In this document: positions 37,101-51,000 of the stretch, piece by piece
How positions within the stretch are numbered: position 1 is the first letter of the stretch
Layout of the letters: every line of letters starts with the position of its first letter
Assembly (NCBI GenBank): GCA_040954595.2
Contig: CM082586.2
Location: 7,905,337 to 7,969,336, forward strand
Source: Balanoglossus misakiensis
Lineage: Eukaryota; Animalia; Hemichordata
Length of the DNA: 64,000 nucleotides
Reading direction: 5' to 3'
The notes under the pieces: model-generated
Told to the model about the DNA's origin: nothing
Seen by the model: the letters and a program-made list of their open reading frames with translations, nothing else
The model's database searches: none
Translations under genes and position numbers: made by a program

Positions 37101-40100
37101 AAGAACAATTCAACTCACATCATAACTTGACAAGAACGTAAATTCATTCCTAGTCTAATGCTGGGGTTCAAATATGAATGCTTGGCTACCTTATGTGCTC
37201 ATAAGCTTTTGTTTTGAGTGCTGGAAATATTATTTATTAATTTGATGTACATTTAGCGTACTCGTCCCATCATAGCCCCATGCTCGTTTATAAGCCCCTC
37301 CCCGAACTTTTTGGAAATTTTGAAAATAATTTACATTCACGTATAAGCCCATACCGTATTGCTTGCAGAGCAAGGACTTCAAAATAAAATTGACAATCAT
37401 ATGACAAGAATGACATGCCGGTAATCTTTGCAAAATCGCAGTGAAAGTTGCCCATCAGACACCCACCTATTCAAACACTTGCCACTTTGCTTACCTGTCC
37501 ATAGAGTGTGTGAAGAAGAGAATGGCCTGTACGATCAGCCACACAACAGCATCTATGGGCCTGACCACCTTTGCCGTAGTCATAACTTTGACCTCCAAAT
37601 GCTCTCTGATAAATTTTGCCATCGGGTGTCCTACTGAAAGGCATGCCATAGTTTTCCAGCTGGAAATTTACAATCAAACATTGTTATTGTCACATCAAAA
37701 GACAAAAATTATTATTAATTATCGGTAAGCCTGCAACACTCAGGATTAGCTTTACAGTAAAATGTCACTGGCTTGTTGGAGGAAACATTTGGACTTTTTA
37801 AACGGCTGAGGGATATCTTCCATCACCCCCCCCCCCCCCCCCTGTATATTACACTGTTGTGCCAGCACATGCTGAAACCGGCAAGAATCATTTTTCTCAA
37901 ATCTGACTCTACTTTTGTCTACTTGAGAGCATGCTGATTTCCAAGTTTGGAGATAATTTTTTCTCATTCAACCCTTTGCACGATGATCTCAGATTTTTTG
38001 CCCCACACAGTACAGCCAGAGTTCTGTGAAGATTTATGATACTGAAGCCAAGCTTGGAGAAATCAGCACTAGAGAGAATTTTCTCACCTCAATGACAGCC
38101 TGGGGAGCTTCTTTTGTCATGTAATGAATAGCATTTTGATCACCTAACCAATCAGAACCTTTGACTGTATCAAACCTACAAATGAACAGACACAAGTACA
38201 TCAGCAACTAGTAATGGCATAAAACTAGCTATGCAGCATGTTACAGTGATACAAATAATGCAATGCTAAAAAGCAGTATTCCATTCCACAAAGAATATTC
38301 TGAATCATGAACATTCCCTTCTGTTAGTAATATTTAATTTGGAGGTTCAGCCGTGATAGAACTCTTCTGCAGTCAATGGAAGTCTGTTAACTTCATCCTA
38401 TAACACAGACTAAAAGTCAACATTTTACAAATTGAAATTAACATTTGTTTTAAATATTTCATTATATTCCTGCTTTCATTTGTCATTCTGCAACTTTCAC
38501 AAATAATCACATTTCATCATACATGGTTTATGATAATCAACTGCATTTAAATATTCTACGCAAATTTAAAGATACCAGACTTTCCTCCTGTTAACTTACA
38601 TATGCCACTTCCAGTCATCGGGTTCCATGTGACCAAGTGCAGCATTGATGCCACCCTATGCAATAGAAATCCAAATGAATGTGTCGTAACAATTATCGTA
38701 ATCACATCAAAGCTTTAATCCTCACTTTGGTCACAGATCACATGATCAGCACTATAATTTGAAAGTCAGTCCTCTAGGGCAATTCATCGTGGATCATTGC
38801 TGAGCTGCCACACATCAGTAGATATACTTCACCAATTCCCACAATAATCCTATACTAGTAAGTTGTATGTCCAGTGATTTCAATTTATCAGTGGGAACAA
38901 ACTTTGCCAAACAGATGGAAAGACTGACACCCATTATAGACACAGCAGATCACCTGTGTGCCTATGTAACAAAATCCCCCACAGAAATATCTGTCCGTTC
39001 AATAGTTTATTTTTGTTATTCACAATTCACAATGTCACTGCCAGCCAGACTTACCTGTGCAGCTACTGTGTGGGATCTAGTGGGAAATAATTTGGAAATA
39101 CAAGCAACTTTGAACCCCTCAATAGCCAAGCCAAAGGCAGCCCTAAGTCCAGCTCCTCCAGCACCAACAACAATGGCATCAAAGTTGTGGTCAATAACTG
39201 GGTAGTCACGGGCAAACTGCAAAAGAAATCATATTATTTTCAAATACCTAGGCAATAGGCATGTTTTAGTGAGTAGAGCAAGAAGCAGTTGTTGAACTAA
39301 AACAAAAATACTGAAAATATAATCGAAAGTTACATATACCGTGACTTTAACGAAATTTTTTTGTCTCTATTTCCTGCGGATTTCATGATCCAATATGAAC
39401 TGCTGCCAGTTCTGTCAAATTTTTTCAGAGGTGAACATTCAGAAATGAAATGAGTTGATCCCTTACCTGGTCTTTCTTCACACCACCCTGCGTTTGTTGT
39501 CCATGGATTGTAAAGTGGAAACCTCTACTACCAGCTGGGGCTGCTGACTTCACAAATCCCCTCACCTGTTAATAAAGCAAGTGTCAAATGTCGATGCAAT
39601 TATCTGGATTAAAGGGACAGAGTCTCCCAGTTTTTGACATTATTTTGGTTATTTTTAGGTTCTTTTTAAATGCTATTGATGTTGTTCTTAAATATACTTA
39701 ATCAACAGTTCAACTCTCTGTTACGCTGACAGATGACTCCACAAGAATCAAATTCCAGATTCTGTACATCATGAATTTTGTTATGCAATAATTGCAAACA
39801 TACAAGAATCTATGATGTGACCCAAACCATTATGAAATGTCCATAACATTGTGAAAGACAAATTCATAAAGGCCACTTTAAGAAGCGTAAAGAATACTTG
39901 TTAGTGTTCTCTACAAAAGGAATCCGGACCTTGTTGTACTGCGAATTTGGCCTCGAACTCCAGCAACGTGAGTTTACATAATGATCTTGACATGACCTTG
40001 CATAATCACACAGCCAATGGCGTAATATTTCTGCAGACTGTTGGTGGAGGTACACTAGTCCACACACAATTTACAATACTAGTTGATATTTGGTTAACGA

Positions 40101-40629
40101 CCTGACCAACACTGACATGCTACCAGTGATTTGTAAAGTTTGAACAAACCAACATATAGGCTACTATTACAAGGTAACCAGCGTCGAGCGATTTTCGAGC
40201 ACTTTACATGATACAGTACAGTTACAGTGGGGTCAATTCGCGATTGTGGATTACGATCACTGAAGGAATAAAGAATTTTATTTCGGTCGGAATTACGATC
40301 TGCAGGGAAAACTGTAGACAATAAAGATATTTTCTGATTATGGAGACACCGTCTCAGAAATGAAAACCTTGAATGTCAGCCCCAGATGACCTTGTCTGCC
40401 CTTTAGTGCTCGACCGACTGGGTTCAATCGCAGTCACGTACACATCACTCGAACTCAAGTCAATTTTTCCCGAGTACCGACCCGCAAATTATGACATTGG
40501 TAACACCAATCGAAGGTGTCGTTAATCAACTCATGTGCAAGTTGCACTCTGCCACCAAATGATTCTTACCAGCTTGTCCGCTGCCAATTTTTTGAGCATC
40601 GACGTCGGGAGCTTCAGGCACGCCGCCAT
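31130..40629 (-). CDS. SDHA: Succinate dehydrogenase flavoprotein subunit, mitochondrial; 16 exons, 667 aa
   Basis: Exons 40570-40629, 39467-39565, 39055-39216, 38600-38655, 38088-38175, 37495-37659, 36931-37079, 36122-36246, 35435-35603, 34756-34951, 33944-34141, 33331-33423, 32805-32903, 32291-32434, 31789-31902, 31130-31216; total 2004 nt. Motifs [16 protein letters not shown] (FAD-His), [37 protein letters not shown] and C-terminal PPRVRSY. Candidate AATAAA at ~30062-30067. Confidence 0.98.
31236..31650. mobile_element. Nested TTAA-flanked Kolobok-type MITEs in the last SDHA intron
   Basis: Outer element starts TTAA|AGGGGCATTAGATGCAAC. Inner element TTAA|AGGTATACGGTCAC...GTGATCGTATACCT|TTAA at 31356-31547; a reverse copy of it lies at ~33690-33847. 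Confidence 0.7.
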
Positions 40630-40730
40630 TTTAGAATAGAAGGGTTATGAAATGAATTGGCGCATGCGCAAGTTGTGTTATGACCGGCGTTTGACCTTAG
40701 TTCGAGTTCGCACACAATCGACGTCTAGCT
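40630..40730. promoter_or_regulatory. Bidirectional promoter with NRF1 palindrome and ERR-like half site
   Basis: GCGCATGCGC at 40660-40669, TGACCTT at ~40692-40698, and AAAATGGCGGC (YY1-type) over the SDHA ATG. A divergent CAG|GTAAGT donor lies at 40820. Confidence 0.7.
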
Positions 40731-42396
40731 CAGTGTAGTGCTGCTGATCAGAGATTGTAGTCGTATATGGAAGGTAGAATGTTACGAGACCATACCCAGC
40801 CATAAAATGACCAATGACAGGTAAGTCTGGTCCCACATATTTTCGGATCAACACCCAACTTCATTGAAACCATGGAGGTACTAAGAAAACAAAACCATCC
40901 ACGTAAGTGTCAACTAATAGAATACTGGTGTCAATCGTTTCGATTGCCTTGAGTAAACCGCCTTGCCCGTTAAATGCTAATTAATTTCAGCTCATTCGGC
41001 TAGGTCAGTAGGTCAAATTGCTTCTCAGTGTTTGTCCCTTTGCCAATAGTTACATTATAGGACTGCCATAAACGGCTGGGGGAAATTATGAGTTGGTGTT
41101 CTGTGGCAAAGCACATCTAATCCCCCCCCCCCCCCACACATCATCCTGTATCGCCTGAGGTGGGGTCCCTCGGGGATTTCTTACAGACACGTGATTGACT
41201 GGTGCATTGTCTTTTTCAAATCAATAAATCATGATGAAAATACCTATTAACTTAAATAAGAGAATGTGCTTTTCAATTCAATTTGTAGGGTTCTCATAAT
41301 GTGCCAAAATTATGGTGAAAATGTCAATAGTGTAGGGCAAGGCTAATTTTGCCAATATTTGGTCCAAAACTCCATTTGGATAATCAGAATCCCTTGTCAC
41401 TCATTGACAAACATTTGTATTTCTGTTTTGTTTTGACGTGATCTTTTTGTTATTCTGTTTCCTTGCTCTAGTTATTAAAGCTGTATAATATTACATATCA
41501 TGCTACCGTCCACCATTCTGATTGGATGAGAGCTCAATCTAGCAATGGTAAAATACTGTTTTACTATGGCTAGCAGTGGTAAAATCATTTAATGGACCCT
41601 GAACTGACATGCAACAGGGAAAATGAGGGGGTTAAGGCACTCACGGTTCTGAACAATCTCTGTGAAATGGTTAGTGATTGGCCTAGGCTAGTAATTCCAA
41701 TGATGTTACTGCCCGTTTATTTTTAAATGTCCCTTTCACAATTCTGCAGTTTTCTTTTCAATTCCACAAGATGTTATTTCTCACATAGGATCACAGAGAA
41801 GAAGTAAACACTATGCCACAGCTACTGGTTGTATATGCTCAATTAGGTGTTTGTAAGGAATGCCACACCCAAATCAAAATCGAAATTTCAAAATCATTTT
41901 ACGTGGCGACAATTGACTGCACCTTTCACTTATGCCCCAAAAGATCATCATATTCAACTTTATCTCGAGGCAGTTAACTGATTCCCAGGGTGGATTATTA
42001 CATGTAATTTGCTAGCCCGACTTCAAAGAGGTCTGGTACAGAAGAGCGCGCTCTAGTGGCAAATCCTAGTCAATTCTTTTGTTTCCTCTTTGGGAGGTTG
42101 AACACAGATATGCAGCGCAGGGACAGTGAAAGACATAAGATGAAAAGGGAGAAAATATAAAACACATTTATACATCTGATTGAAAGAAATCTTACTTCAT
42201 GTAAGACATGTACTGTTCAAATCAAAGTGGGAATGCAAGGAAATTATCTTGTTTGCTCAAATTTTATGTGTCACTGAAAAAACATTAATCTTTCTTAAAA
42301 TTATAATTTACCCATGACTGCGTTTTTACAATCAACTCTTCATCCCAGAACTGAATTAATTTCTTTCACTTTGTATTATAGGTATTGAGATTGAAG

Positions 42397-43784
42397 ATGA
42401 ATAATCTGAACATACCACCTGACAGAGAGAGTTGGCAAACCAAAGTTTGTCGCATAGCAACAGAACTTGTTGTTCCAGTTCTTCTACCAGTATCGACAGC
42501 TGTTGTTGGTATGTTTGTTATTTCTCCTTAAATTTGCATGTTTGTTTTTTCAATACATAGGAACAATAATTCTCACACAGTCACAAATTAGCCAAATTCG
42601 TTAAAAATATTGAATAAATGACTCTGGAACTGTCGTCTGGGGGCACGTTGTAGTCTCTGTCCCTGTTATACACATCGCGCCATTGGATAACATTTAGTGC
42701 GTGTTAGCAAAAGAACGCTTTGTCAACCAATCAGCGCTCGCGTCATATACAGCTTTTGATTCAGTGAGAGTGTGAGAACAATTTGTTCTCACACTTTGTT
42801 CTCACACTCTCAGCGTGCCAGGAGTGTGAGAACAAATTGATCCCACACTCTTGCAGAATCGATAGCTCTCTATGACGCAAATAATAATTAATTAGATGAC
42901 AAAACATTTTTAATTAACATGTGCGAAATGTTATCCAATGGCGTGATGTGTAATACATGGACAGAAACTATACTGTGCCAGATGACAATTACATTTTTTC
43001 AATGTTTATAATGCAAATTTAGTCATTTGTGAGAACTAGAAGCTAACACATCAAGAATCTCATAGATTCGTATTTCTCACATGATTATGGGCTATTTTGT
43101 CCCACACTTGCCTGTGGCTCGCGTGGGACATAACATCAAAATGTCATCATTTTTTAACCACGGAATGTGAACTCAATCCACTGTGAAAGGCTCCCCCTTT
43201 TCTGATAATCGAACCCGCAGGCTCTGTTTTCCGATTTTCTTTCAACAGTGTGGCTTGAAAACAGAAGATCAAAAGAAGCTGAAAAATGTGAAAGAGAAAG
43301 AGAAATAAGCATAAAAGAAGAGGTAGAAAATGCAGATTGTGTACCACCACTACATGTATGTGAACATGAAGCACAAGCCACATATTTGAAGAATCGATAT
43401 GACTACGAACAGAAAGTGTCGGTGGAAGAGGAAAAAGAACTGCAGGGTATTCTTCTGGATTTAGCTCAAGTAAAAACTCAATTACGGGAAAGGCAGGACA
43501 TTTATTGCAGTTCTTTCAAATCGAAGGAGAATAGAAAAGATCTGGAGAAAATGCTTTTGTACTTTGCGTATCACAGACATTATGAAAAAGATTTGTCGTT
43601 TTACATCGGGTTGCAGAAAGTTCTCGACGATAAAATGGGCGACAGGTACTGCGGTCGCAACTATTATCAAAATGGTTGCTACATGTGGGAATGGTTGGAG
43701 GGAATGAAAGCAAAGGCTCAACTCAGGAAATATGAGCGCATCTACCTTCGTGTTAAACAGTGGGAACAGGAAAATAAGTACTGA
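42397..43784 (+). CDS. Unrecognised 215-aa protein with N-terminal transmembrane segment, divergent from SDHA
   Basis: Non-coding exon ending at 40820. Coding exons 42397-42508 (acceptor 42381, phase-1 donor GTATGT) and 43249-43784 (TTTCAACAG acceptor) join in frame as MNNLNIPPDRESWQTKVCRIATELVVPVLLPVSTAVVVWLENRRSKE...KQWEQENKY*. AATAAA at 44667. Confidence 0.75.
42560..43035. mobile_element. Palindromic MITE-like insertion in the orphan-gene intron
   Basis: Inverted arms CATCGCGCCATTGGATAACATTT / AAATGTTATCCAATGGCGTGATG, with central GAGTGTGAGAACAA / TTGTTCTCACACT hairpins. Confidence 0.6.
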
Positions 43785-45079
43785 GTCAAATTGTGGCTGA
43801 TCTAACGCTTATCGTCACCATAATCTGCCACAAACGTGAGGCAGAGCAAAATCTTCTCGAGGCTTCAAGTTTTTCTAGTGAATACTATATACACCATCAT
43901 TTGACCTTGTTTAATTGACTCTGATTTTTTCAGAAACAAATTATGTACCATGATCCAGGGTGAAAAATTCAGAGGCATCAGTTGGTATACTAATTACTAG
44001 AGTGACCATTCTTATCAGTTCTAGTGTATGATTGAAGGAAGACCTGTGTTGAAACACAGTAAAAACTAAAAGTGGAACATGTTGAAAGGGGAGTGTTATG
44101 TAGAATGTTAACTTTCAGAGTACTATAATCAATATCAAAAATCACGCTATTCCAGTGTATGAATTCCCTTCCGTTTCCAATATACACCTTTTCTGATACT
44201 TTGATGATTTCAAGAAGTTTAATTTCTGTAATGTGAAAACTAAAGCTTTTCTTGTGAAAATGGAAGATTGTGTTGGTTTCGATCACAGCAACAATTTAAA
44301 ACATTTGCCAATTTTTTCTCATCACTATATAATTTAGTTCTTAGATTTATTATTTTATTGCTTTGTGATGGGGAAACTTTTGGATACAAATAATGTAAAA
44401 AAAAATTGACTCCTGAAAAGTTTCATATTAAAAGAAAGAATGAAAGTGTAGTGGGCATCCAAACAGAGACTATGCTGTAATTACAACAAAACATGGATGG
44501 ACGGCTAGAACATTTTCTGGTACAATGTAACGGCATACTGTATCTCACTTTGTTTGCTTTTGGTAACATACTACATGTACACGTACAAGTACTGTGTTGA
44601 AATTAATCCAATCTTGCATCAAGTAACTATGGCATCACTCAGAAATATTTTACGTACACATATATGAATAAAATTTTCAGAGCAGTTTTTTTTATTTCAA
44701 ACATAGGTTATGTCTGTCCTGTTATTTTATTTATCCATACACATGTTCATTTATTATATTAAACAAGAAAGTGAGTGCATTAAATGAGCACATGTCATAA
44801 TAATGCAGATAATGTAGTTTGTTTCATGCAACCTACATAGCATATCCGACACTACTTAAAAAATGTGTTCCAACTTCCAGAAGTTAACTTGTGATAGATT
44901 TTTTTTCTGTCACGAAAAAGTGTGCCATCTTTTTCTTTATTTGTCAAGCCTTCTATGGCTGAATTTTTCTTTCCATCGGCATTTGCTGGGATTGTTTTTT
45001 CTCTAAAATCTTCCCCCCTCCCGAGAATAACAAGATAAGTTTCGCACGTCCAAGCTCTGCGACCCGTCCGTAATCATTA

Positions 45080-45220
45080 CAATTAAGCATGCGCAAACAC
45101 CATTCTTGCCACCAGTCACATGATCAAGGTCACGGGGTTACCTCAGGTCATATAAGTTTGAAAGTCAACAGAGCGGCCGGGGCGAGAGTATACAATCCTT
45201 GAGACACACGCCGATAAGAG
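45080..45220 (+). promoter_or_regulatory. SLC20 promoter and first non-coding exon
   Basis: GCATGCGCA (NRF1-like, ~45087), GTCACATGA E-box (~45115-45123), perfect ERR element TCAAGGTCA at 45124-45132, TATA-like TATAAG at ~45151, donor at 45220. An alternative donor CAG|GTAAGT lies at 45600. Confidence 0.55.
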
Positions 45221-47013
45221 TAAGAAACAATACTGAATATTGGAAGATGTACAGCTAAACCATGCAGTTTATTTCTTGTTAAAGTTTCACTCTACAGTCT
45301 ACATAATAATTCGAGGGACAGTCTCTTTCGATAGTCACTTGACTGAGGAAAACCAGTACAATCCGCCACTCGGATCACATGCACTTGTGTTATGCCATAT
45401 GCCAGTTACAGTGTTTACATATCAAAATTAGATGAACATACGTCTTCCGCAGCTTTGCAGCCGGTGTTCAATCAATCACGGCACTGTCACGTAAACACTG
45501 AGCAATCATAGCATCGTCACATAAATACAGAAATATAGGGCAAGGGCACTGTGTGCTGCATTCGCATTTGGGGACGCCCGATCAAGCCACAGCTGAACAG
45601 GTAAGTTGAACTATGGATGTACAACAGTTCTTGTTTGACTATACATGTAGCTACATGTAACTTTGCATGACAGGGCTGTGTGTTGTTTATTGGGTGCACC
45701 TCCAACCACACAGCCCTGCCACACAGAGTTACCGGGGTATTCATGTATGTACATGTATACCACTCAACAATACTGTACATCCACATGCCATATTGTTATC
45801 TCCGCAGCACAGACGTTAAAAAAGTACAGCTCAACATCACATGCAGTTCAGTGGATCTAGGTTTTTCCTGTTGGTCTGTGTGTTCGCCAAATCCAGTTTT
45901 GCCATCTAACACGAACACGCAAACAAAGCATAGAGCTACTGAACTGCAGCTAACATCCATCGTGCGCTGTGTGAAGGGACTGCGTCTAGAGTAGAGATTA
46001 CATCCGCTTAATTTTATCCTAGATGTTATCAGTCTATACTGGGCAAAAACAAACCTATCCCAGTCTCAATTTTTAGACCCCAGAATATCAAATGGTCCAT
46101 CCCTATAAGCTTTATTAAAATGATCATACGTATATATAGAATTGATGACTTAAAAATGAATTTTTTGTCAATTTTAATATTTTTCTCCAAATGCCATATC
46201 CAATAGTGATTTTCTCTTGAGGAAGCCACGTAATATATAGTCTGTTTCCTGTTTGAAAGACCCCAATGGAAACTTTCCTAGGAACGCAAACACTTTGGAC
46301 ACAGTGAATGCAATAAAGAATATCAAATGGTCAATCCCAATTATGGACAGATGAATGATTCTCATGTGTGTGGACTCTAAGCCAGGACACATTTTGATTT
46401 TGATGACTTTGCAGCAGTGAGTCAGCATCGTAAAATGTCAAAAGGAAATAAAACGCACATTTTTTCGGCCATTATAAAACAAAATTAATGATTATTTTTA
46501 TACATCAATGAAAAGTTTGTGATAGAATCCTATTACAACATTAGAGGTTTCAGAGTTTACATGCTGGTACATGTTTATTTGTCCTACCGGTACGTCCTAA
46601 CCATTGAGACACCAAATACTGGTGGCAGGTATTACCGTACCCAGGTACCGGGTACTATGCAAAATTTTGCAATTCTTTCATAATAATAATCATTTTTCAC
46701 AAGTTCACCTCTAGTTCTTTACAAACAATTAGAGTCTAATTAGGACCATGATCAAGCAAAGCAATAAATTTACAATGGATTTTCACTGCCCCTTCACCAA
46801 GTTCTTTCAGCTCTCTACCACAGAATATTTGATACCTGGCACCTCTTATACAAATGGGTTAGATTTCTAAATGACCTACCATGGTACGCGATTTATTTTG
46901 CAGGACTTGGGGGGAGTGTCTGTTCATCAGAGCAACATATGACACGGTGACTCTCTATGTTTTATTCTTAATTTTCAAAGAGAATAATCTAAAGTTGCCT
47001 TGAGCAAAATATG

Positions 47014-47523
47014 TTAAGGGCACATAAGCTGCAACTTTTGGGATAATTATGATAATTTTCGTTTCAAATGGTACTACCATTAGTCCATGCAGATGAAGGC
47101 AGTGAACTATACACAAGCATTATAAACCCTAAATATGAGTGCATATGCAAGTTTTAACCAGATAAATAATAAAGCTGTGCGGCAAGCGAATATGGCCGCC
47201 ACCGTGGGAAAATGCAAGAAACAATGAAAATGTCACATTTCCGGTTGTGAAACTTCATAAACAAAACATGATCTCATCCACTTGGGCTCATGGAAGTAAA
47301 TGTACACCGCTGAGACATTATATTTTCCTTTTTCATTGCAATATTGCACTTTTTTAAAAATTGCAGGAATTTACGTTTTTCTTTAATTTTTGGCCATTTT
47401 GTCATAAATAAGTATTGAGCTTAATATATTATCATAAAATATCATTTAATAGGCATAATTAAAATCATATATGAGATTATTTAAAACTTTAATTTTTTAT
47501 CGAGTTGCAGCTCATGTACCTAC
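47014..47523. mobile_element. Kolobok-type MITE
   Basis: TTAA|GGGCACATAAGCTGCAACT ... AGTTGCAGCTCATGTACC inverted ends. Confidence 0.6.
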
Positions 47524-48015
47524 TTTGATTTTCAAGGTGCATTGTACCATAAGTATGAAATGACACCACACTACCAAACTCAGGAGCTGAGGTAACATAG
47601 CAACATCATTTAACATTTAAACTGTATTTCTGTTTTTGCCTTCAAACAGGTAAATTTGGAGAGTTAGCCCTGTACACTAACAATCAACAGGACAGTATTT
47701 TGATGTGGTAGGTACTTAATGTTTATAGCAGAAAATTTATAAATATAGCTTTTAATTATCATGTGACTTTACATGAAATATTTATAGAGTATACTCTCTG
47801 TAATGGTCAGGGAAAAAAGTGAATAGATTACTTGAGCTGTCATTTAATCCTAGCCTCTTGTAAGGATGTCAGTGAACACATTTTTGGATTAATTAAGGTT
47901 TTAATACAATAAACAAATGTCACCAATGACCACGTCTGTTTTGTTCTCTTCCTTCAATACACACACATGGTAATTTCCTGGATAAAATGTTGAACTTTTT
48001 TTATTCCAGATCACC

Positions 48016-51000
48016 ATGTTTGCTGCATCGGCAGACTTGACCGAGTACCTATGGATTCTCATAGTGGGCTTCATTCTTGCCTTTCTGTTGGCCTTTGCCA
48101 TTGGTGCCAACGATGTCGCCAATTCATTCGCCACTTCTGTTGGTGCCAAAGTACTGACCCTGAGAGGAGCCTGTATTCTGGCCACCATCTTTGAGACTTC
48201 TGGAGCCATTTTGTTGGGTTACAAAGTGTCGGCCACAATACGTAGCGGGATATTCAATGTTTCGCTCTATGAAGGTCAAGAAGAGGTGCTTATGTTGGGT
48301 GAACTTTCTGCTCTTGGAGGTAAGGGTCAAGTTCACACGGGACATTCTCTCAATTATTAGCTGCAGAACTGCTGGTGTACTGGTAGTTACAAAGAATACA
48401 GTACTTGGTAGAGGTTGATATTTTAATCCTTTCACCACTATGGTTTGGTCCAAATCCATTTTTTCTTTAGTAAAATTGGACCGCTACAAAGGAAAATGGG
48501 GTGAAAGGGTTAGCAATGTACAAAAATAATACCCCTTATTTTCATACGATTGAAATAAGATAGGCATTTGATTTTTTTTGAAAAGTCATTTAGTAAATCC
48601 TCCTCCTCCTCCTCCTCCTCCTCCTCCTCCCCCTCCTCCTCCTCATCATCATCATCATCATCATCACCACCACCTCTAGCTCTGTTTGTTTAATTCTTGC
48701 TCAATTTGTGGCTACAAATTTAATAAACAGAACAGAAAAAATACCAAAATCCTCAAACCAGCTATAAAAATCAATTGTGGTACCATACGTGCCAAACATG
48801 CATCTTGATGTGCTCTTCAGGTTAAAGAATAAAATCAAAGGACTTCAGAGAGTCTGACAGTAAGTTAGGCAGACAGTCAAAACAACTACCGTACCGGTAT
48901 ATCAATACAGGAAAATGATCAGTCATGAAGCACTGTAGACTGAAGTAACCTAATGCTGTACATAACTGGGGCTGCTTTACTCATTGCCTGGATTTTAAAA
49001 TTAACCACATGATGTTTTCCTGTTTAGTATCGATGACATGTTGTTTGTGGAATATGAGAGTTAAGCATATGCTCAGGCTACAAGATTTCGCCAGCAAGTT
49101 TCCTACAAATAGGTTTCAGGTATCTACATGTAGCTTCAGTAAAGAAAGTGATTCCCTGTAAACAATTCTTAGCACTTTCCTTAACTCTTTCAATCGACTA
49201 TCTACTCTTTACTGTAGTGTAAGACTATACGTGGTCACAAATAACAGGCATTAAATTCCATAGTTGATCTAGGATAGATTTGTCTAAGATCATTAACTAC
49301 CGCACATAATGTTGAACAATGAAGTCATATTAAATGGACAAAGTCTCTCTCTCTGCCTTTTTTCCATTAATTGTGTTTGATACAAGACACTGTTTATGTT
49401 GCCTTTTTTGATGTCGCGAAAATAACCCGTTTTACAGTATTCATAGCTTACTCTTTATTAATTGTAGAAATCTGATTTAAAAATAAATTTCAATATTGTT
49501 CTTACTGGTCATTTTGGAATTCCTGAAATATGTTTGAAATGTCGCCATTATCCAACTAAAATGATTTAGGTAGATCCCATATTCTCTTGTTGGACACATG
49601 CTTGCTCATTCATTTGGTATTATCATATAAATTGTTACTATTTATAAACATCAATAAAACTACCACAGCTTAAATGGTTTGTTGATGACTGCATTTCCAT
49701 TCAAAGGCCATGCCCTGAAGCCTTGATTCTTACTTGTTGGTATTTATTGAAACATTATTCATGGCATTAATCCTTTGCTTTACAATGAATAATTAGTCCC
49801 ACCAATGAATGTGCTCTCTGATAAACAACAACACTCCATATGACCCCACACCCTGGCACACCTCAGAAGTTTTAGAAGTGCGCCCTCTCTAAGACAAAGG
49901 CATAGGATGCACGATGGCGAGGGCAGGCGATTTTCATGGTGACACCCGAAATGAAAGTGAAACCATCAGAATCTCGTGATATTTGCGTAAGGTTCCTTTA
50001 ATACAAAAATGAAGTTTTTGGCTTAATTTCTGAGTGAAGTAAGCACGTCAAAGTGATGTTAGATACTCAGATTTATGACTATCTGGTTTTGGAGGATTCC
50101 CCTTGTTGCCGTTGATGAGCAATAATGTGCAGGTAATTAAATGCACCTTAACATGTCAACTGATGTAATATAGTTATTTAATTATTTATTTACTTGTTTA
50201 TTTATTATTTGTCTTCAGGTAGTTTTCTTTGGCTTTTTATCGCTACTTTTTTGCGGTTGCCGGTGTCAACCACGCACAGCATTGTGGGAGCTATGGTTGG
50301 ATTCCATTTAGTTGTCTTTGGCACCAAGGGTCTGAATTGGCGTGAGCTGGTTAAAATAGGTAAGTGTAGATATGTATTTTACACAAGAGAAAAGTCTTAA
50401 AGGGACATTAGCTGTAACATTCGATGATTATTTTACTATTTTTGTTCTGTTCAACAACCACTGTGTCTTGTTCTACTCACTAAAAAATTTCTAAGTGCCA
50501 AGTATTGAGCTTCTGAACAATTTATGTAGGCTTGTAAAGTGTGTGTTATTGTTGATATTTAAGTCCAGACTAAAATTAATTTGTCAACAATAACATTACT
50601 GTGCTGACAAGCTGAATACTTGGCACATCAACATGATGTAGGGAGTAGAACAAGAAACTGTAGGTGACAATATTTAAATTTTAGTCCGGACCAAAATTCA
50701 GTTGTCAACAATAACATTGCTAGCACAAATACTGAAAATATCATTAAAAGTTACAGCTCTTTTGCCTTTAATCAAAGCCTCAGCTAGAAACCTGTCCGTA
50801 CTGAATACTTCCCTCCAGACTTCTACAATTCCACCTTTGTATAAATCAAACAATTTTTACTGGTCCCATTTTCACTAGTGATAGATTTAATTGTATTCTG
50901 GGTCAACTTGATTGAAAGACCCAGTTACAGAATGTTTATCTGAGTCGTACGTGTGTGCAGTATACAGATCACTGTCTGCCCGGGAACTTTAACCTACAAG

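Noticed and set aside
47901-48209. Antisense ORFs over SLC20 and SDHA exons (also 61482-61781 and 38867-39205)
   Set aside because: Shadow ORFs of real coding exons with no independent support.
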